Origin: Escherichia virus TH44
DNA length: 64,000 bases
Reading direction: 5' to 3' (one strand)
Sequence record: MT446415.1
Under the pieces are notes generated by a model, which saw only the letters and a program-made list of their open reading frames with translations, was not told the DNA's origin and did no database searches. Position 1 is the stretch's first letter. Every line of letters begins with the position of its first letter. Shown here piece after piece: positions 9,170 to 22,262 of the stretch. The translations under genes were made by a program, and so were the position numbers.

Positions 9170-10729
9170 TTAAATTCCTTTAACATACACGCGGCGGAAG
9201 TAACCGTTCAAGCCGAGGCTATTAACGATATCCGGCATGCCGTTCTGAATGCGCTTGGTCGGAGCCTGAGCAGCAGGGTCAGCAAACGGGTTGATACCGA
9301 TACCGTAACGGGTTTTGAAGCCCATAACCGGCTGGAAGTTTTTCGGGTCAGAGCCACGCAGCGGGGTCAGTGCAACATATGGTGCGTAGTAGATACCAGC
9401 ATCCATTTCGTTAGCACCTTTGTAACCGATGGTGAAGTAATCGGAGCGAGCATACTGGTCGATATAGACACGGTATTTGCCACCCAGAACACCAGCGAAC
9501 ACAGCTTTAGTGGTGTCAACGTTGAAACCTTTACCCAGACCCTGAGCAGCATAACTAACAGAAGTATCAACAGCGGCCAGTACGTTAACTACGTTACGGG
9601 AAGCGATGATGAAGTTACCTGCACCACGACCGGTCTGACGAGCGATTTCAGCGGCTTCTTTATCAATCTGGAACAGTAAAGCTTTGAAGCTTTCACCAGC
9701 CCAACGAGCGCCACGGATATCAATCGGGTCCTGGAAGTCAAACACACCAGCTTTAGCGCCAACGGTGTTGGTCATACCAGATTTACCAACCTGTGCGGAG
9801 TAGTTAATCCAATCGATAACTTCGCGGTTGATTTCCAGCATAATTTCGGTAGCCAGAATACCACTCAATTCGGCATCAGCATCCATACCGTGAACAGCGC
9901 GCAGGTCCTGTGCCAGTTCGATGGAGTAGCTTGCTTTCAGCTGACGGGATTTAGCTTCGATAACTTGTTTGTCGATACGGAAGCCCATTTCGTTCCACGG
10001 GTTATCCTGGGAACCGTTAAAACCTTCTTGCAGTTCGGCGATGGAGGTAGCCATACCTTCAGCCAGTTCAGCCAGCTGACCAGCTTCCAACAGAGCGGTA
10101 ACAGCAGCGTCAAGTTTAGCAGCATCGGTAGCAGCAGCATCAACAGTTACAGCTTCAACAGCCTGGAAGTGTGCAGCACCGGTAGCTTCGAAGAAGTAAG
10201 AATAAATTTTACCAACTTCAAGAACTTTACCCGCAGCCAGTGCTTCAAAAGTCTGAGCAGCGCCCTGACCAGAGAACATAGCATTCGGAGCATACATCGG
10301 ATGGAAAGCTTCTTTAGCGCCGGCAGCGACAGGGTCTTTACCGTATACTGCACGCAGTGCAAATACCTGACCAGTCGGGTTGTTCAGAGGCTGTACGCCA
10401 CAAATATCAAACGCAATCAGATGCGGGATAGCACGACGAACCATACCCATAACTGCCGGCCCAATCTGAGTTACTGCACCAGAGGTCTGGCCAGCAGCGA
10501 TATTGGTAGCATCATAACCATGGTCACCACCGATTTCAGCTTCGGTCAGGAAAGAACCAAATGCTTCGGAGATTTTTTCGTCACGGTATTCAGGAGCGGT
10601 CAGAATATCTTGTTCCTGGTTTTCAAAGATTTTAGCGATGATAGCTTGTTTAGAAGCACCAACGATTTCAGGAAGAGCTTCGTTTTCCAGCAGAGCGGAC
10701 CATTTTTGAACTAATGCATTCTTTTTCAT
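9170..10729 (-). CDS. 23: Major capsid protein gp23
   Basis: 519 aa; position between gp22 and gp24; shares FRIDKQVIEAKSRQLKA/ELAQDL block with gp24. Confidence 0.93.
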   Translation of the reverse strand: MKKNALVQKWSALLENEALPEIVGASKQAIIAKIFENQEQDILTAPEYRDEKISEAFGSFLTEAEIGGDHGYDATNIAAGQTSGAVTQIGPAVMGMVRRAIPHLIAFDICGVQPLNNPTGQVFALRAVYGKDPVAAGAKEAFHPMYAPNAMFSGQGAAQTFEALAAGKVLEVGKIYSYFFEATGAAHFQAVEAVTVDAAATDAAKLDAAVTALLEAGQLAELAEGMATSIAELQEGFNGSQDNPWNEMGFRIDKQVIEAKSRQLKASYSIELAQDLRAVHGMDADAELSGILATEIMLEINREVIDWINYSAQVGKSGMTNTVGAKAGVFDFQDPIDIRGARWAGESFKALLFQIDKEAAEIARQTGRGAGNFIIASRNVVNVLAAVDTSVSYAAQGLGKGFNVDTTKAVFAGVLGGKYRVYIDQYARSDYFTIGYKGANEMDAGIYYAPYVALTPLRGSDPKNFQPVMGFKTRYGIGINPFADPAAQAPTKRIQNGMPDIVNSLGLNGYFRRVYVKGI

Positions 10730-10750
10730 GTGTTGTATAACCTTATTAAA

Positions 10751-11569
10751 TTAAGAAATTCGTGATGCTGCGAGAGCAGACAAGTCCGCGAAGGACAGGG
10801 TAGGCTTGGCGCCTTTTTCTTCAACTGCTTCTGAAATGTAATTCAGTGCCGCAGCATCGTCTACATTTTTATTTATAGCGGCTTCGGTGATTGGTTTGTT
10901 GGTGGGTTCTACCTGACCTTTAACCATTTCAACGATAGCGCCAATTTTGGTACCGAATGCATCAGAGTATTCCATGCCTTCTACCAGAGAACCAACTTTT
11001 TCTTTCTGAGATTCAGTCAGGTCTTTAGTTGCTTCAGTCAACGCAACTTCACGTTGGACATAATTGATATAAGCATCACGCTTAGAAACTTCTTCGAACA
11101 GGTTAGCGGTTTCTTCTTTCTGTTCAGCCAGTTCTTCCTGCATTTCTGCAACAACATCAACAGATTCTTCCGGAACAACAACGTTGTGCTCAACGAACAG
11201 TTCTTTCATGCCGGTGAACATGGATTCGAACAGGTCAGCTTTAATGCCACGGTCGACAGCCAGTTTATTTTCAGCAAGCCATTCTTTAGCAACGTGGTCC
11301 AGGAATTTAGCTGCGGATTCTTTCAGTTTTTTCTCTGCTTTTTCGTCGGATTCTTCTTTATTCTTTTCGACTTCTTCTTCAGCTTTTTCAGCGATGGCGT
11401 GAATGTGAGATTCTGCCAGTTTGATGGCGTGTTGCTTGACGGTAGCTTCGAATACAGTGCCGAAGGTAGCTTTCGCTTCCGGGGACAAATTAACTGATTC
11501 GAAAATACTATCGAGAGCAACGGAAGCATCGATATTCTGAGCTTCGGCAATGAGTTGTTCTTTAAGCAT
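10751..11569 (-). CDS. 22: Prohead core scaffold protein gp22
   Basis: 272 aa acidic, helical, Glu/Lys-rich; between gp21 and gp23. Confidence 0.85.
   Translation of the reverse strand: MLKEQLIAEAQNIDASVALDSIFESVNLSPEAKATFGTVFEATVKQHAIKLAESHIHAIAEKAEEEVEKNKEESDEKAEKKLKESAAKFLDHVAKEWLAENKLAVDRGIKADLFESMFTGMKELFVEHNVVVPEESVDVVAEMQEELAEQKEETANLFEEVSKRDAYINYVQREVALTEATKDLTESQKEKVGSLVEGMEYSDAFGTKIGAIVEMVKGQVEPTNKPITEAAINKNVDDAAALNYISEAVEEKGAKPTLSFADLSALAASRIS
10870..10877 (-). promoter_or_regulatory. Candidate late promoter TATAAATA inside gene 22 (for gene 23)
   Basis: Reverse-strand TATAAATA about 140 nt upstream of gp23 ATG. Confidence 0.3.
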
Positions 11570-11598
11570 TTTGTAGTCCTGTTGTTAAGATATACATT

Positions 11599-11606
11599 TA
11601 TTTATA
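11599..11606 (-). promoter_or_regulatory. Late promoter TATAAATA for gene 22 (overlaps gene 21 stop)
   Basis: Reverse-strand TATAAATA 30 nt upstream of gp22 ATG. Confidence 0.55.
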
Positions 11607-12240
11607 ACGTCTTTAAAGCCTCTGCGAGAGCCATAAAGGCGTCATCGGCACTGGTATCGGCAACAGCCGTTTGTGATTCTGTAATCTGCTTTGGTTTGAC
11701 CCAAGCGTCCGGAGCACTTGGCCCCCATACTGCGTCCACTCCAACCGTCAATTTAAAACCTTCATTAACGATGTTATAACCTTTAGCTGATTTAGTCAGG
11801 GAACCAAGTCCACGACTAGATACGCCAGGAATCCAACCTGCTCTTATATTCGCAGCAAGTTTATCACCTGGGCCATGGTCGCCTTCGATAATACGCGCGC
11901 GGCCATATACATCATTCCCTTTCCACCACATTTCCTCGATAATAATTGCTGCCTGCATAGGGTCAACGTTTGCACGAGGTGGATGGTTTAATTCTCCAAG
12001 AGACTGCTTGGTTTCAACCTGTTCGGCGATATAGTCCGCAACGGCTTTTTCCAAAATATGTTTAGGATAAAGTCGTTTATTACGGTTAACAACTTCAGCT
12101 TGTAGGAAAATACCTTCAATATAAAGTCCTGGCTTTAAACCGCTGCTGGAACCATCATGAGATTCCAACATCGGTACACCATCTTTAATTTCGCCCGGTT
12201 GGCCCCAGTGTTCGATTAGTAACTCTGGTTTCTGTTCCAT
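11602..12240 (-). CDS. 21: Prohead protease gp21
   Basis: 212 aa, same length as T4 gp21; between gp68 and gp22. Confidence 0.88.
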   Translation of the reverse strand: MEQKPELLIEHWGQPGEIKDGVPMLESHDGSSSGLKPGLYIEGIFLQAEVVNRNKRLYPKHILEKAVADYIAEQVETKQSLGELNHPPRANVDPMQAAIIIEEMWWKGNDVYGRARIIEGDHGPGDKLAANIRAGWIPGVSSRGLGSLTKSAKGYNIVNEGFKLTVGVDAVWGPSAPDAWVKPKQITESQTAVADTSADDAFMALAEALKTL

Positions 12241-12668
12241 TAATCAAGTCCGAATGCTTTACGCTTAGCTCGAGCTTTTTTGCGCTTGCGCTCTGCTCTG
12301 ATTTGCGTAGATGGGTTTGCTCTTTTCGTTTTAGTAGCCAGACGGGCAATTTGACGACGTTTAGCTTTAGAAAGACCAGTTGTTTGGAAAGCATTACGCT
12401 TACGAGTAGCTAGGTCTTTTGTGCGGGTTAACTCACCGCGAGACGATACATGTTTAACGATAAATTCGTTAAGCTGAACACCTTCATTCAGAGCGCCGAT
12501 AACCGTTGCTTTTTCGTATTCACCGGCTGCAAACATGTTTTCTACAATAATATTTATATCGTCTTTTTCTAAGGCTTCAGATAATGAATCAAATTGTCCC
12601 TGAGCTTCTTCGGAAACACTTTCGATGTTTTCAAGAGTTAATTCGTAATCATCAGGGATAATAAACAT
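12240..12668 (-). CDS. 68: Prohead core protein gp68
   Basis: 142 aa with basic C-terminal tail; between gp67 and gp21. Confidence 0.8.
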   Translation of the reverse strand: MFIIPDDYELTLENIESVSEEAQGQFDSLSEALEKDDINIIVENMFAAGEYEKATVIGALNEGVQLNEFIVKHVSSRGELTRTKDLATRKRNAFQTTGLSKAKRRQIARLATKTKRANPSTQIRAERKRKKARAKRKAFGLD

Positions 12669-12925
12669 TATTCATCGTCCTCATCTTCATCATCGTCGTC
12701 GCCTTCGTCAGCGTCATCAGATTCTTTTTTGTCTTTCTTTTCTGCTTTACCGTCGTCCTTGTCTTCATCTTCTTTAGGCTCTTCGCCTTCAATCATGATG
12801 GAACGTGCAATTTCAATCTTACGTTCTTCAATCAAACTACCGCATACTGGGCCAATGTTTTCAGCAAAATATTTGCGAACGGCTACGAGGTCGTTTGATT
12901 TAATGGCTTCAAATAAATCATCCAT
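12668..12925 (-). CDS. 67: Prohead core protein gp67
   Basis: 85 aa with poly-acidic C-terminus ([10 protein letters not shown]); follows portal gene. Confidence 0.8.
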   Translation of the reverse strand: MDDLFEAIKSNDLVAVRKYFAENIGPVCGSLIEERKIEIARSIMIEGEEPKEDEDKDDGKAEKKDKKESDDADEGDDDDEDEDDE

Positions 12926-14499
12926 TAGAAATCCTCTTCTTCTTCTTCAGGGTTTTGGAAACGAGCCTCTTTGGACTCCAATTCAATTTGCTTAGCTTCT
13001 TGATTAATTTCTTCATCAGACATCTGGAGGAAATCCTTCATAGCCGTTTGATGCGAAATATATTTACCGATAAACGGTTCAGCCATCGTTAGCATATTGA
13101 TTCTGCGTTCCATGATTTCTGCATCTTTCATTTCGGTGAAATAGCTATCACGGTTGAACGTAACTTTAATATTATTTAGTTCCTTTTCCCATTCCTCTTC
13201 TGAAATAATTTTTTTCAGGATAAGGTTTGTTTTAAGCGGGTCGAGGAAAACTTCTTCAAATTTATTCTGTAGCTGCCTAATCCATTTAGCGAAATTCAAT
13301 TCATCGCGAGTAATTGTCGCGCCCGCATCAAACATAACGCCACTGTTTTGGTCATTAGGGATACGAGATAATGGAATTCGGAGAGCCTGATATAGGTTGT
13401 TCTTAAACCAGCGAACATCGTCCATATCCGACATGCCTTGCGCGCCCGGGAGGGTATCAACTTCGGTGACAGCTTTACCATCACGACGTTGCAACCAATA
13501 GTCTTCTGTCATTGACATGTTGTGCTGTTGGTTTTTGATTTTACCAGTAGTTGCATCATATACGACACGGTTTTTCATCGTGTTCATAATATGTTGCATG
13601 TGTGCTGCTGCTTTACGAGACGGCATATTCCCGGTATCGATATAAAAGACTCGGCGGTCTGGCGCACGAGTTATACGATAAATGACTAAAGCATCTTCTA
13701 ATAGTTTTAATTGGTTTGCAGGTTTAATTGCTCGTTGCAAGTATCCGATGATATTCTTGCCGCAGCAATCGAGTAATCCAGAATGTGCATATACAATTGC
13801 CGCACGAGGAATTTTTATTTTAGTACCTGCTTCATATATACGACCATCGGCACAATAACTTTCATGGCCCGTATCGTATACAAAATATTCTCTGTACCCG
13901 TCGACAACTTTCGTACCGTTTTCCATGCGCGTAACAATTTCACGGATGAACTGAATTTGTCTTGGGTCAAGACGACGAAGTTCTTGAACTCCATCTTTAA
14001 GTTTTGATGGGTTGATAATTTTGTGGAAGAAAATTCGAGAATCCACATACCAACGTTTAAAATGGTCAGAACCTTTACGCTCGAAATTAAGGAGGTTATT
14101 GACTTCCAAAAATTCTTCGAGGATTCGGTCTTTAATTTTCTGACTAAATTCGGTAGCATCAAGGTTAAGAGCTACAACATCTTTACCGTCTTCAAAAACG
14201 ATAGCATCAGATACAATTTCTTGCACTGCGTTATCAACTTCATAATTATTTAGTAGGTTACGGTAGGTGTCAATTAATTCCCTGGTATTTTTTACTTCAG
14301 GTTCATTGCTCCCGAACATCTGTTGCATCAATGCATTATACGGGACGTTTTGTTCTTGTGACTCAATTTCGCGAGCCCCATCATCAAACTTCGGCCCGGT
14401 CATTGACTCTAAATTATTTTTTTCTTGTTGCTTATATTCTTGTTCATCTTCTTTAGCCCAAGGCTTAAGAAAATTTAGTATTGTGTTAAAACCTGCCAT
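12925..14499 (-). CDS. 20: Portal vertex protein gp20
   Basis: 524 aa, same length as T4 gp20; between gp19 and gp67. Confidence 0.92.
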   Translation of the reverse strand: MAGFNTILNFLKPWAKEDEQEYKQQEKNNLESMTGPKFDDGAREIESQEQNVPYNALMQQMFGSNEPEVKNTRELIDTYRNLLNNYEVDNAVQEIVSDAIVFEDGKDVVALNLDATEFSQKIKDRILEEFLEVNNLLNFERKGSDHFKRWYVDSRIFFHKIINPSKLKDGVQELRRLDPRQIQFIREIVTRMENGTKVVDGYREYFVYDTGHESYCADGRIYEAGTKIKIPRAAIVYAHSGLLDCCGKNIIGYLQRAIKPANQLKLLEDALVIYRITRAPDRRVFYIDTGNMPSRKAAAHMQHIMNTMKNRVVYDATTGKIKNQQHNMSMTEDYWLQRRDGKAVTEVDTLPGAQGMSDMDDVRWFKNNLYQALRIPLSRIPNDQNSGVMFDAGATITRDELNFAKWIRQLQNKFEEVFLDPLKTNLILKKIISEEEWEKELNNIKVTFNRDSYFTEMKDAEIMERRINMLTMAEPFIGKYISHQTAMKDFLQMSDEEINQEAKQIELESKEARFQNPEEEEEDF

Positions 14500-14523
14500 T
14501 AGAGTCTCCGAAGTTTGGGAAAT

Positions 14524-14537
14524 GAGGCCGAAGCCTC
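14524..14537 (-). other. UUCG-tetraloop hairpin in 5' leader of gene 20
   Basis: Reverse strand GAGGC-TTCG-GCCTC between late promoter and gene 20 RBS. Confidence 0.5.
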
Positions 14538-14547
14538 ATAATAACTT

Positions 14548-14555
14548 TATTTATA
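14548..14555 (-). promoter_or_regulatory. Late promoter TATAAATA for gene 20
   Basis: Reverse-strand TATAAATA immediately after gene 19 stop, 49 nt upstream of gp20 ATG. Confidence 0.6.
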
Positions 14556-14556
14556 C

Positions 14557-15048
14557 TTATTCCCACCAGTCAATTGCGAACGTTGTTTCGAACGTCTCAA
14601 TCTCATTATTACTGTCCCAATCCATCTGGACTTCCCCAACGTTGGTTGGCCACATGCCGGTAATAACAACTTCTTTCGTAACGGTCTTGCCATCACGATG
14701 GAACTGGCGGACAGTAGCGGTTTTCTTATAATCAGCAGGAGCTGCACCGGTGATTTCGTTAGTCATACCGTGACACAGATTTTGCCAATCAACAATTGCT
14801 TGACGAACTTTATGAGCATCGTCGTTATAAATCGTAATAGTCCAGTCATCAAATGTACGGTCGCCCGCAACGTTGATTTTACGGTTCATGTAACCGACAG
14901 GAACTTTTTCTACAATGCCTGCTGGCATCGGGGCTGCTTTACAATGGAAAGCAAAGTTTTTACCCAGGAATGGGATTTCGACTTCGAACAGGTTAGGGCG
15001 AGCAAAGTCGCCGGATTCGAAAGCGCGTGTGATATCGGTCAACTCCAT
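14557..15048 (-). CDS. 19: Tail tube protein gp19
   Basis: Start trimmed to MELTDITRAFESGDFARPNLF (ATG 15048, AAGAGGA RBS), matching recalled T4 gp19 N-terminus; the upstream in-frame ATG at 15099 sits directly beside the late promoter. Confidence 0.9.
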   Translation of the reverse strand: MELTDITRAFESGDFARPNLFEVEIPFLGKNFAFHCKAAPMPAGIVEKVPVGYMNRKINVAGDRTFDDWTITIYNDDAHKVRQAIVDWQNLCHGMTNEITGAAPADYKKTATVRQFHRDGKTVTKEVVITGMWPTNVGEVQMDWDSNNEIETFETTFAIDWWE

Positions 15049-15100
15049 TAAGGAATCCTCTTTATAGACACAGGTCGCGCGAACGCGTCCCTGATGCATG

Positions 15101-15108
15101 TATTTATA
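15101..15108 (-). promoter_or_regulatory. Late promoter TATAAATA for gene 19
   Basis: Reverse-strand TATAAATA 52 nt upstream of trimmed gp19 start. Confidence 0.55.
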
Positions 15109-15180
15109 CTAGGTAATATGATTCATCATCTCAAGATAATGTCTTCCCAGAATCAACCACAGGAGCCCGTAGAACCGATT

Positions 15181-15207
15181 ATGCTTTTATTTATAACACT
15201 GTATAAT
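15181..15207 (+). promoter_or_regulatory. MotA-box-like middle promoter oriented antisense to gene 18
   Basis: ATGCTTTTA + 12 nt + TATAAT followed by GGTTCTACGG; same architecture as 5011-5050. Confidence 0.4.
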
Positions 15208-15252
15208 GGTTCTACGGTTTCTAACTGATTAATTCATTCTAAGCGATGATAA

Positions 15253-17232
15253 TTATTGTGGCCCAATCAGCTCATCAAAATCAGCACCAGTGCTAGTGGC
15301 TACAAAATTAAGCTGTATATAGTTAATGCTGCGCGCAGGTTTATAATAAATGCTAGCAACGAACTCATTGCGGTCTATGACCGCTGGGGTGTTGTTAGTA
15401 GTATCACAAACCACACGACCTTCATAAATGCCACCGAGCGCACGAATACCATCCAAGTATTGAGAAGTTTCCATACGGAATGATGCACGAGTGAAGTTAT
15501 CGTTAAGCTCAAACAGTTTATATTTGGATGCGTCACCGATATTTTTCTTCAGCATATTCGTAAGACGACGAACGTTAATATGGTCCATCGGAGATGGAAC
15601 TTTAGTTGCAGTCTTATCACCATACAGAACAAAACCATCACCACCTGCGAAACCAACAACCGGGTTGATAGCTTCCTGATACATACGGTCACGTTGGGTC
15701 TGACGTGGTTCAACAGCCAATTTCAGAACGTTCAGAATCTGACCGCGGTTATAACCAGCAGGAGACATCCAAGGCTGAGAAACATCATCAGTACGAGCAC
15801 ACAGACCAGCCATATCAGCTGCCAGAGGAACCCAACGGTTAACGTCGTTATATTTATCATACTGATATTTATAGTTGCCATCAATCGCTGCATAAGTCGT
15901 GCTGATATTCATATTATCAGTATCAAATGCACCAGCACCTGTACGCCAGTCAATCAGGTTATCCACTGCACGGGTCAGAGGAACGTTAACCAACAGACCT
16001 TTCGGCGGGGAAATGAATGCCAAGCAATCCTGACGTTCGTCAGCAATAGAAACTACGTGCTTCTGAACAGTGGAAGCGGTCGCATCACCTTCACCAGCTA
16101 CTGCACCAGCGATAAGCAGGTTAATATGTAGAGCTTCACGGTCAGCGAACAGGTCCCAACCTTGCATCAAATCACCAGCGGTAATCTTATCGTTTGCAGA
16201 AATACCGCCAGACAGATTGATGATACCACTGAAGCCTACAGGCCAGTTGCGAGATGTTGCATAGATGTAGTTGGAAGTACCTTTTGCAAAGTAGTCATCC
16301 AGGTAAATGTTATTACCATAAACATCTTTTTCACCCTGCTTGGTAGACAAAACAACGTTTTCGACGATTGCACCATCACGGCGAACGATAATTGCATATT
16401 GGTTTTCGGACTGAGGACCGTAGTTAAACACTGCACGAGCCACAGAAGCACGCGTTCCGCCACCTGGGAAAATATTCAGATTTGTAGCCGCGCCTTTTTC
16501 GAATTCGGCTTTAGATACGATTTCAACTTCAAGTGTCGAACCAATTTCACCAGGATAAAGAGCAACAACACCCGGCATTGCATATTTTGCCAATGATGCC
16601 TGGAATTCCAGAGAAGTAATTGCTTCTTCACTATTTTCTGCTTCAGTCAACAGAATGCCGGAATCGGTAACAATTTTCCCAACAGTGATGGTACCAGATA
16701 CACCGGAAGAAGTGGTCGTAACTTCTGCAGTCCATGCGCTACCCAAATTAGGATATTGGTTAATAGTTTTGGCAAATGCAACAATCTTATCGGTAGGAAT
16801 AAAGATTGCAAGAATTTTACCATCAACATCGACCTTGGTCACGCGGCCAGCTGATTCAACAACAGTCTGATTGTGCTTAACCTGAATAACATCACCAACA
16901 GCATAGTTTGTACCAGCAGTTACAATGGTAGTTTCAATATTGCCAGCAATCGGGGATGCGTTTTTAGCTTCGTCGCGGTTAACAACACGTACAGTACGGA
17001 GGTCATTACCATATTGCAGGAAGTTCATCCCACTCATAAAGTAATCTGCTGTTTCATTATTCGGACCACCAAATAAATCAACAAGTTCAACTTCGTTTGT
17101 AATCTGAGTTACCTGGAAAGCTGGGCCCCACTGGAATTTACCAACCAGCGCCGCACGACCCGTCGCATTACGAACAACAGTGCTTTGGACCGTTGTTTCT
17201 TTGAGCTCAATGCCCGGAGATAATAAAGCCAT
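15253..17232 (-). CDS. 18: Tail sheath protein gp18
   Basis: 659 aa, same length as T4 gp18; between gp17 and gp19. Confidence 0.93.
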   Translation of the reverse strand: MALLSPGIELKETTVQSTVVRNATGRAALVGKFQWGPAFQVTQITNEVELVDLFGGPNNETADYFMSGMNFLQYGNDLRTVRVVNRDEAKNASPIAGNIETTIVTAGTNYAVGDVIQVKHNQTVVESAGRVTKVDVDGKILAIFIPTDKIVAFAKTINQYPNLGSAWTAEVTTTSSGVSGTITVGKIVTDSGILLTEAENSEEAITSLEFQASLAKYAMPGVVALYPGEIGSTLEVEIVSKAEFEKGAATNLNIFPGGGTRASVARAVFNYGPQSENQYAIIVRRDGAIVENVVLSTKQGEKDVYGNNIYLDDYFAKGTSNYIYATSRNWPVGFSGIINLSGGISANDKITAGDLMQGWDLFADREALHINLLIAGAVAGEGDATASTVQKHVVSIADERQDCLAFISPPKGLLVNVPLTRAVDNLIDWRTGAGAFDTDNMNISTTYAAIDGNYKYQYDKYNDVNRWVPLAADMAGLCARTDDVSQPWMSPAGYNRGQILNVLKLAVEPRQTQRDRMYQEAINPVVGFAGGDGFVLYGDKTATKVPSPMDHINVRRLTNMLKKNIGDASKYKLFELNDNFTRASFRMETSQYLDGIRALGGIYEGRVVCDTTNNTPAVIDRNEFVASIYYKPARSINYIQLNFVATSTGADFDELIGPQ

Positions 17233-17261
17233 TTTGAGTCCTCTAATAGTTTGCTTTACTT

Positions 17262-19568
<2,307 letters not shown>

Positions 19569-19572
<4 letters not shown>

Positions 19573-20444
19573 AGTGGTACCCTATTTTTTCTTGGGGCTG
19601 GCGGTGCTGGGTCAACCGGTACAGGAATATCCTGCGAATATGTTTGAACAGATTCACCTTGCCAGTCTTCTTGGTCGACGTCTCGTGGAACAGCTTCCGA
19701 GTCAACAGATTCGAAATTGCCCTCTGGTGCAAGCTCTCTGGAATTTGCAAAGAAGTCAAGATAGATAGTGCGGATTTCCCCTGCTACTTCCTTGACCGGT
19801 GGATATAACCAACCGTTGACTTCGAACATAATGGACCATTCGAGTCTACGGCGAGTCATTGCATCACCTTCAATTTGCTCATCCATAGCAATGGACTGGA
19901 GCACGATTCTTATATCACGTTCGAACGTAATTTCATTCGTATAAAGTTCAGTGATAGTTGTATTAAAATGTGGTTGGAAGTAAGGCATGATTTGTTCGAT
20001 AATCTGGAACATATCATCTTGATGCCTTGTATATATTCCAAGCTCGAAAATCATTTTGACCGGCACCGGAGAATATTGAGATATCTGCTTGCGAGGGTCG
20101 TTATTAGCAAATCGCGCCTGTGTGTGATTCTGGAGAGCCGTTTTATATTGCCCGTTATACATCAAGTCAACCATATGTAGGTTCATACGGGGCAATACGG
20201 TCTCGATTTTAGCCTTCTGAGCAGCACGTTCTTGTGGTGTCATGTCAGGAGTAGGTGTATTCTGAATAGCGGTCCATTTTCCAAGCTGCATCATGAATTT
20301 TTCTTTTGAAGCATAAGAAATAGGGACCTTAATATATTTAAGTCCAGTGTCTTCTCTGGTTCTGGCCACTTGTACATGGGAAAATAAATCGCCCATTAAA
20401 ACGATATAGCGACGCAGAGACGAATTATAAAAATGCCCAAACAA
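19569..20444 (-). CDS. 15: Tail sheath stabiliser/completion protein gp15
   Basis: 291 aa; [21 protein letters not shown] resembles recalled T4 gp15 N-terminus; initiator codon appears to be TTG with GGAGG RBS 5 nt upstream. Confidence 0.88.
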
Positions 20445-20456
20445 AGTAACCTCCAG

Positions 20457-20473
20457 GCGCCCAATTCGGGCGC
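20457..20473 (-). other. Hairpin GCGCCC-loop-GGGCGC in gene 14-15 intergenic leader
   Basis: 6-bp GC stem immediately upstream of gene 15 RBS. Confidence 0.4.
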
Positions 20474-20487
20474 ATTAATAAATGTAT

Positions 20488-21273
20488 TTATTCATCAAAG
20501 AAACTATCGTCAAAGCTATCCTGTTTTGCCTTCGGAGGAGCCTCAAGTCCACGACCATTCTGCACAAAATATGGTTTAACATATTCAGCTGCTTCTGCGT
20601 TAATCTCATCAGATTCTGCATAAGGGATATCGCTGATATCTGTAAGGCCATCAATATTGTGGATTGGTTGTAAATCGAGCTCGCTGAATTCTGAAATATT
20701 AATACCTTCATTCCGTTGCAATTCAGGTTTAAGTTCTTCCCCGGAGTAAATGTATTTGCTCGCGGTGATTTTACGAATGGCGTTTTGACCTACCTGATAG
20801 AATGGGTCGTAAGGTTGTACCCATGTAATTTCGAACAGGCTGTTATCAAGAGGGAAATAAATCAAATCCCCTGCAATAGGTTCAGTGCCATTACATTGAT
20901 GTTTAAACAGATTAGGGTTAATCGATATTGTGATTTCGTCATTCACAGTCATACCGAATTTACTAAAGATAGAACCATCACCCTGATAGGCGTCAAACGT
21001 ATCCAGATAACCTGCAAATTTCCATGCTTTATCGAATTTACTCTGGAGGTCTTCACCGAATAGCAAATCCGGTTTAACGAATTGTCTTGGGATATAATAG
21101 AGAGACATTCCACGCATCTGAATACTTTCGGCAACAATAGCATCAGCTAAAGTCTGGGTATTTTCATGATGCATAAAGTTTACATAAGGGTTCAATATCT
21201 CTGTAGCATTGGTATTGTCATACCCGGTCCCGTCTTCGAGCCGGGCGAATAATCTTGAGTCATAAGTAGCCAT
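20488..21273 (-). CDS. 14: Neck protein gp14
   Basis: 261 aa; between gp13 and gp15. Confidence 0.85.
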   Translation of the reverse strand: MATYDSRLFARLEDGTGYDNTNATEILNPYVNFMHHENTQTLADAIVAESIQMRGMSLYYIPRQFVKPDLLFGEDLQSKFDKAWKFAGYLDTFDAYQGDGSIFSKFGMTVNDEITISINPNLFKHQCNGTEPIAGDLIYFPLDNSLFEITWVQPYDPFYQVGQNAIRKITASKYIYSGEELKPELQRNEGINISEFSELDLQPIHNIDGLTDISDIPYAESDEINAEAAEYVKPYFVQNGRGLEAPPKAKQDSFDDSFFDE

Positions 21274-22211
21274 TAGCCCACCAATATAGGAGTCGGTGCA
21301 TCCAGCAAGTCAAGTTCCTCACGGAGACGTTCTTTTTCCATACGAGCTTCTTCGATTAAACGGACGCCATCAACCGTGGTACCACCTGGCATCATCATCC
21401 CCTGATGTTTAGCCAATACGTTGCCGTTAACTTCCTTAACGAGTGCCGTGGCATAGTCTTTCACCCAACGATTGTTGTATGCACCATCTTGAAGTCCAAG
21501 GTCCTCACCAGCTCTCATGCCGCTTATTCTGCGTGCCGGGTTATCCCACTGTGCGCCAGCATTCCACGGATTATCACAATCAGCCGAAGCAAAACCATAA
21601 CCAGCTGTATTGCCTACCATTGAATCCACACCGTTATATGATTTGGTATAAACTTCAATTACAATCACATCTCCCTGACGGAAGTTGCCCATAATTTTAA
21701 GTTGTTCAGTATCGTCATTATACCAGTAATCTGGCAGCGGAACCATCAGGTCTTGCATCATTGAACGGTATTGCATAAGCTGTGTAAAATAACCAAGGTC
21801 TGCACCAAAAGCATTTGGGCCAAAGCTGTTACATGAGCTACCCATTCCACCGTTAATCCCAGCAAGGCCCAGAACGAAATCTGTGAACCACGGATATGTA
21901 GCTTGTCCGTCCATTGAAGTTAATGAACCGACGTTAGTACGAATAATCTGCGTTACTGCAAAAATATTACGGCCTTTTAAATCGAAAACACCATCGCGGA
22001 ATTTCTGTTGTGAAACTTCATCATGGCCAATATAAAAAGCCTGATAACCTTTGTTATAACCATTATAGTGATATTCGCCATATAATTCTAATGCACGCTG
22101 GATGCAATCATAAACCTGTTCGGTCGTAACTTCGATATTCGTGATTGGCGCACCAAGACGACGAAGGATTGCATCTTTTAATTGTTTCGGGTTGTATGAT
22201 TCAGTTGCCAT
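21273..22211 (-). CDS. 13: Neck protein gp13
   Basis: 312 aa; between wac and gp14. Confidence 0.85.
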   Translation of the reverse strand: MATESYNPKQLKDAILRRLGAPITNIEVTTEQVYDCIQRALELYGEYHYNGYNKGYQAFYIGHDEVSQQKFRDGVFDLKGRNIFAVTQIIRTNVGSLTSMDGQATYPWFTDFVLGLAGINGGMGSSCNSFGPNAFGADLGYFTQLMQYRSMMQDLMVPLPDYWYNDDTEQLKIMGNFRQGDVIVIEVYTKSYNGVDSMVGNTAGYGFASADCDNPWNAGAQWDNPARRISGMRAGEDLGLQDGAYNNRWVKDYATALVKEVNGNVLAKHQGMMMPGGTTVDGVRLIEEARMEKERLREELDLLDAPTPILVG

Positions 22212-22229
22212 ATGTTTTCCTCTTTACTG

Positions 22230-22237
22230 TATTTATA
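22230..22237 (-). promoter_or_regulatory. Late promoter TATAAATA for gene 13
   Basis: Reverse-strand TATAAATA between wac terminator and gene 13 RBS. Confidence 0.5.
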
Positions 22238-22245
22238 CGAAAAAA

Positions 22246-22257
22246 GGGCCGAAGCCC
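22246..22257 (-). terminator. Terminator hairpin after wac (GGGC-UUCG-GCCC + U-run)
   Basis: Reverse strand GGGC-TTCG-GCCC followed by TTTTTTCG. Confidence 0.6.
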
Positions 22258-22262
22258 TTTTA

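Noticed and set aside
9890-10714. 274-aa forward ORF antisense to the major capsid gene
   Set aside because: Ser/Phe-rich translation typical of an antisense frame; gp23 on the opposite strand is unambiguous.
15580-16596. Forward ORFs antisense to tail sheath gene 18
   Set aside because: Lie inside a strongly supported structural gene; compositionally non-protein-like.
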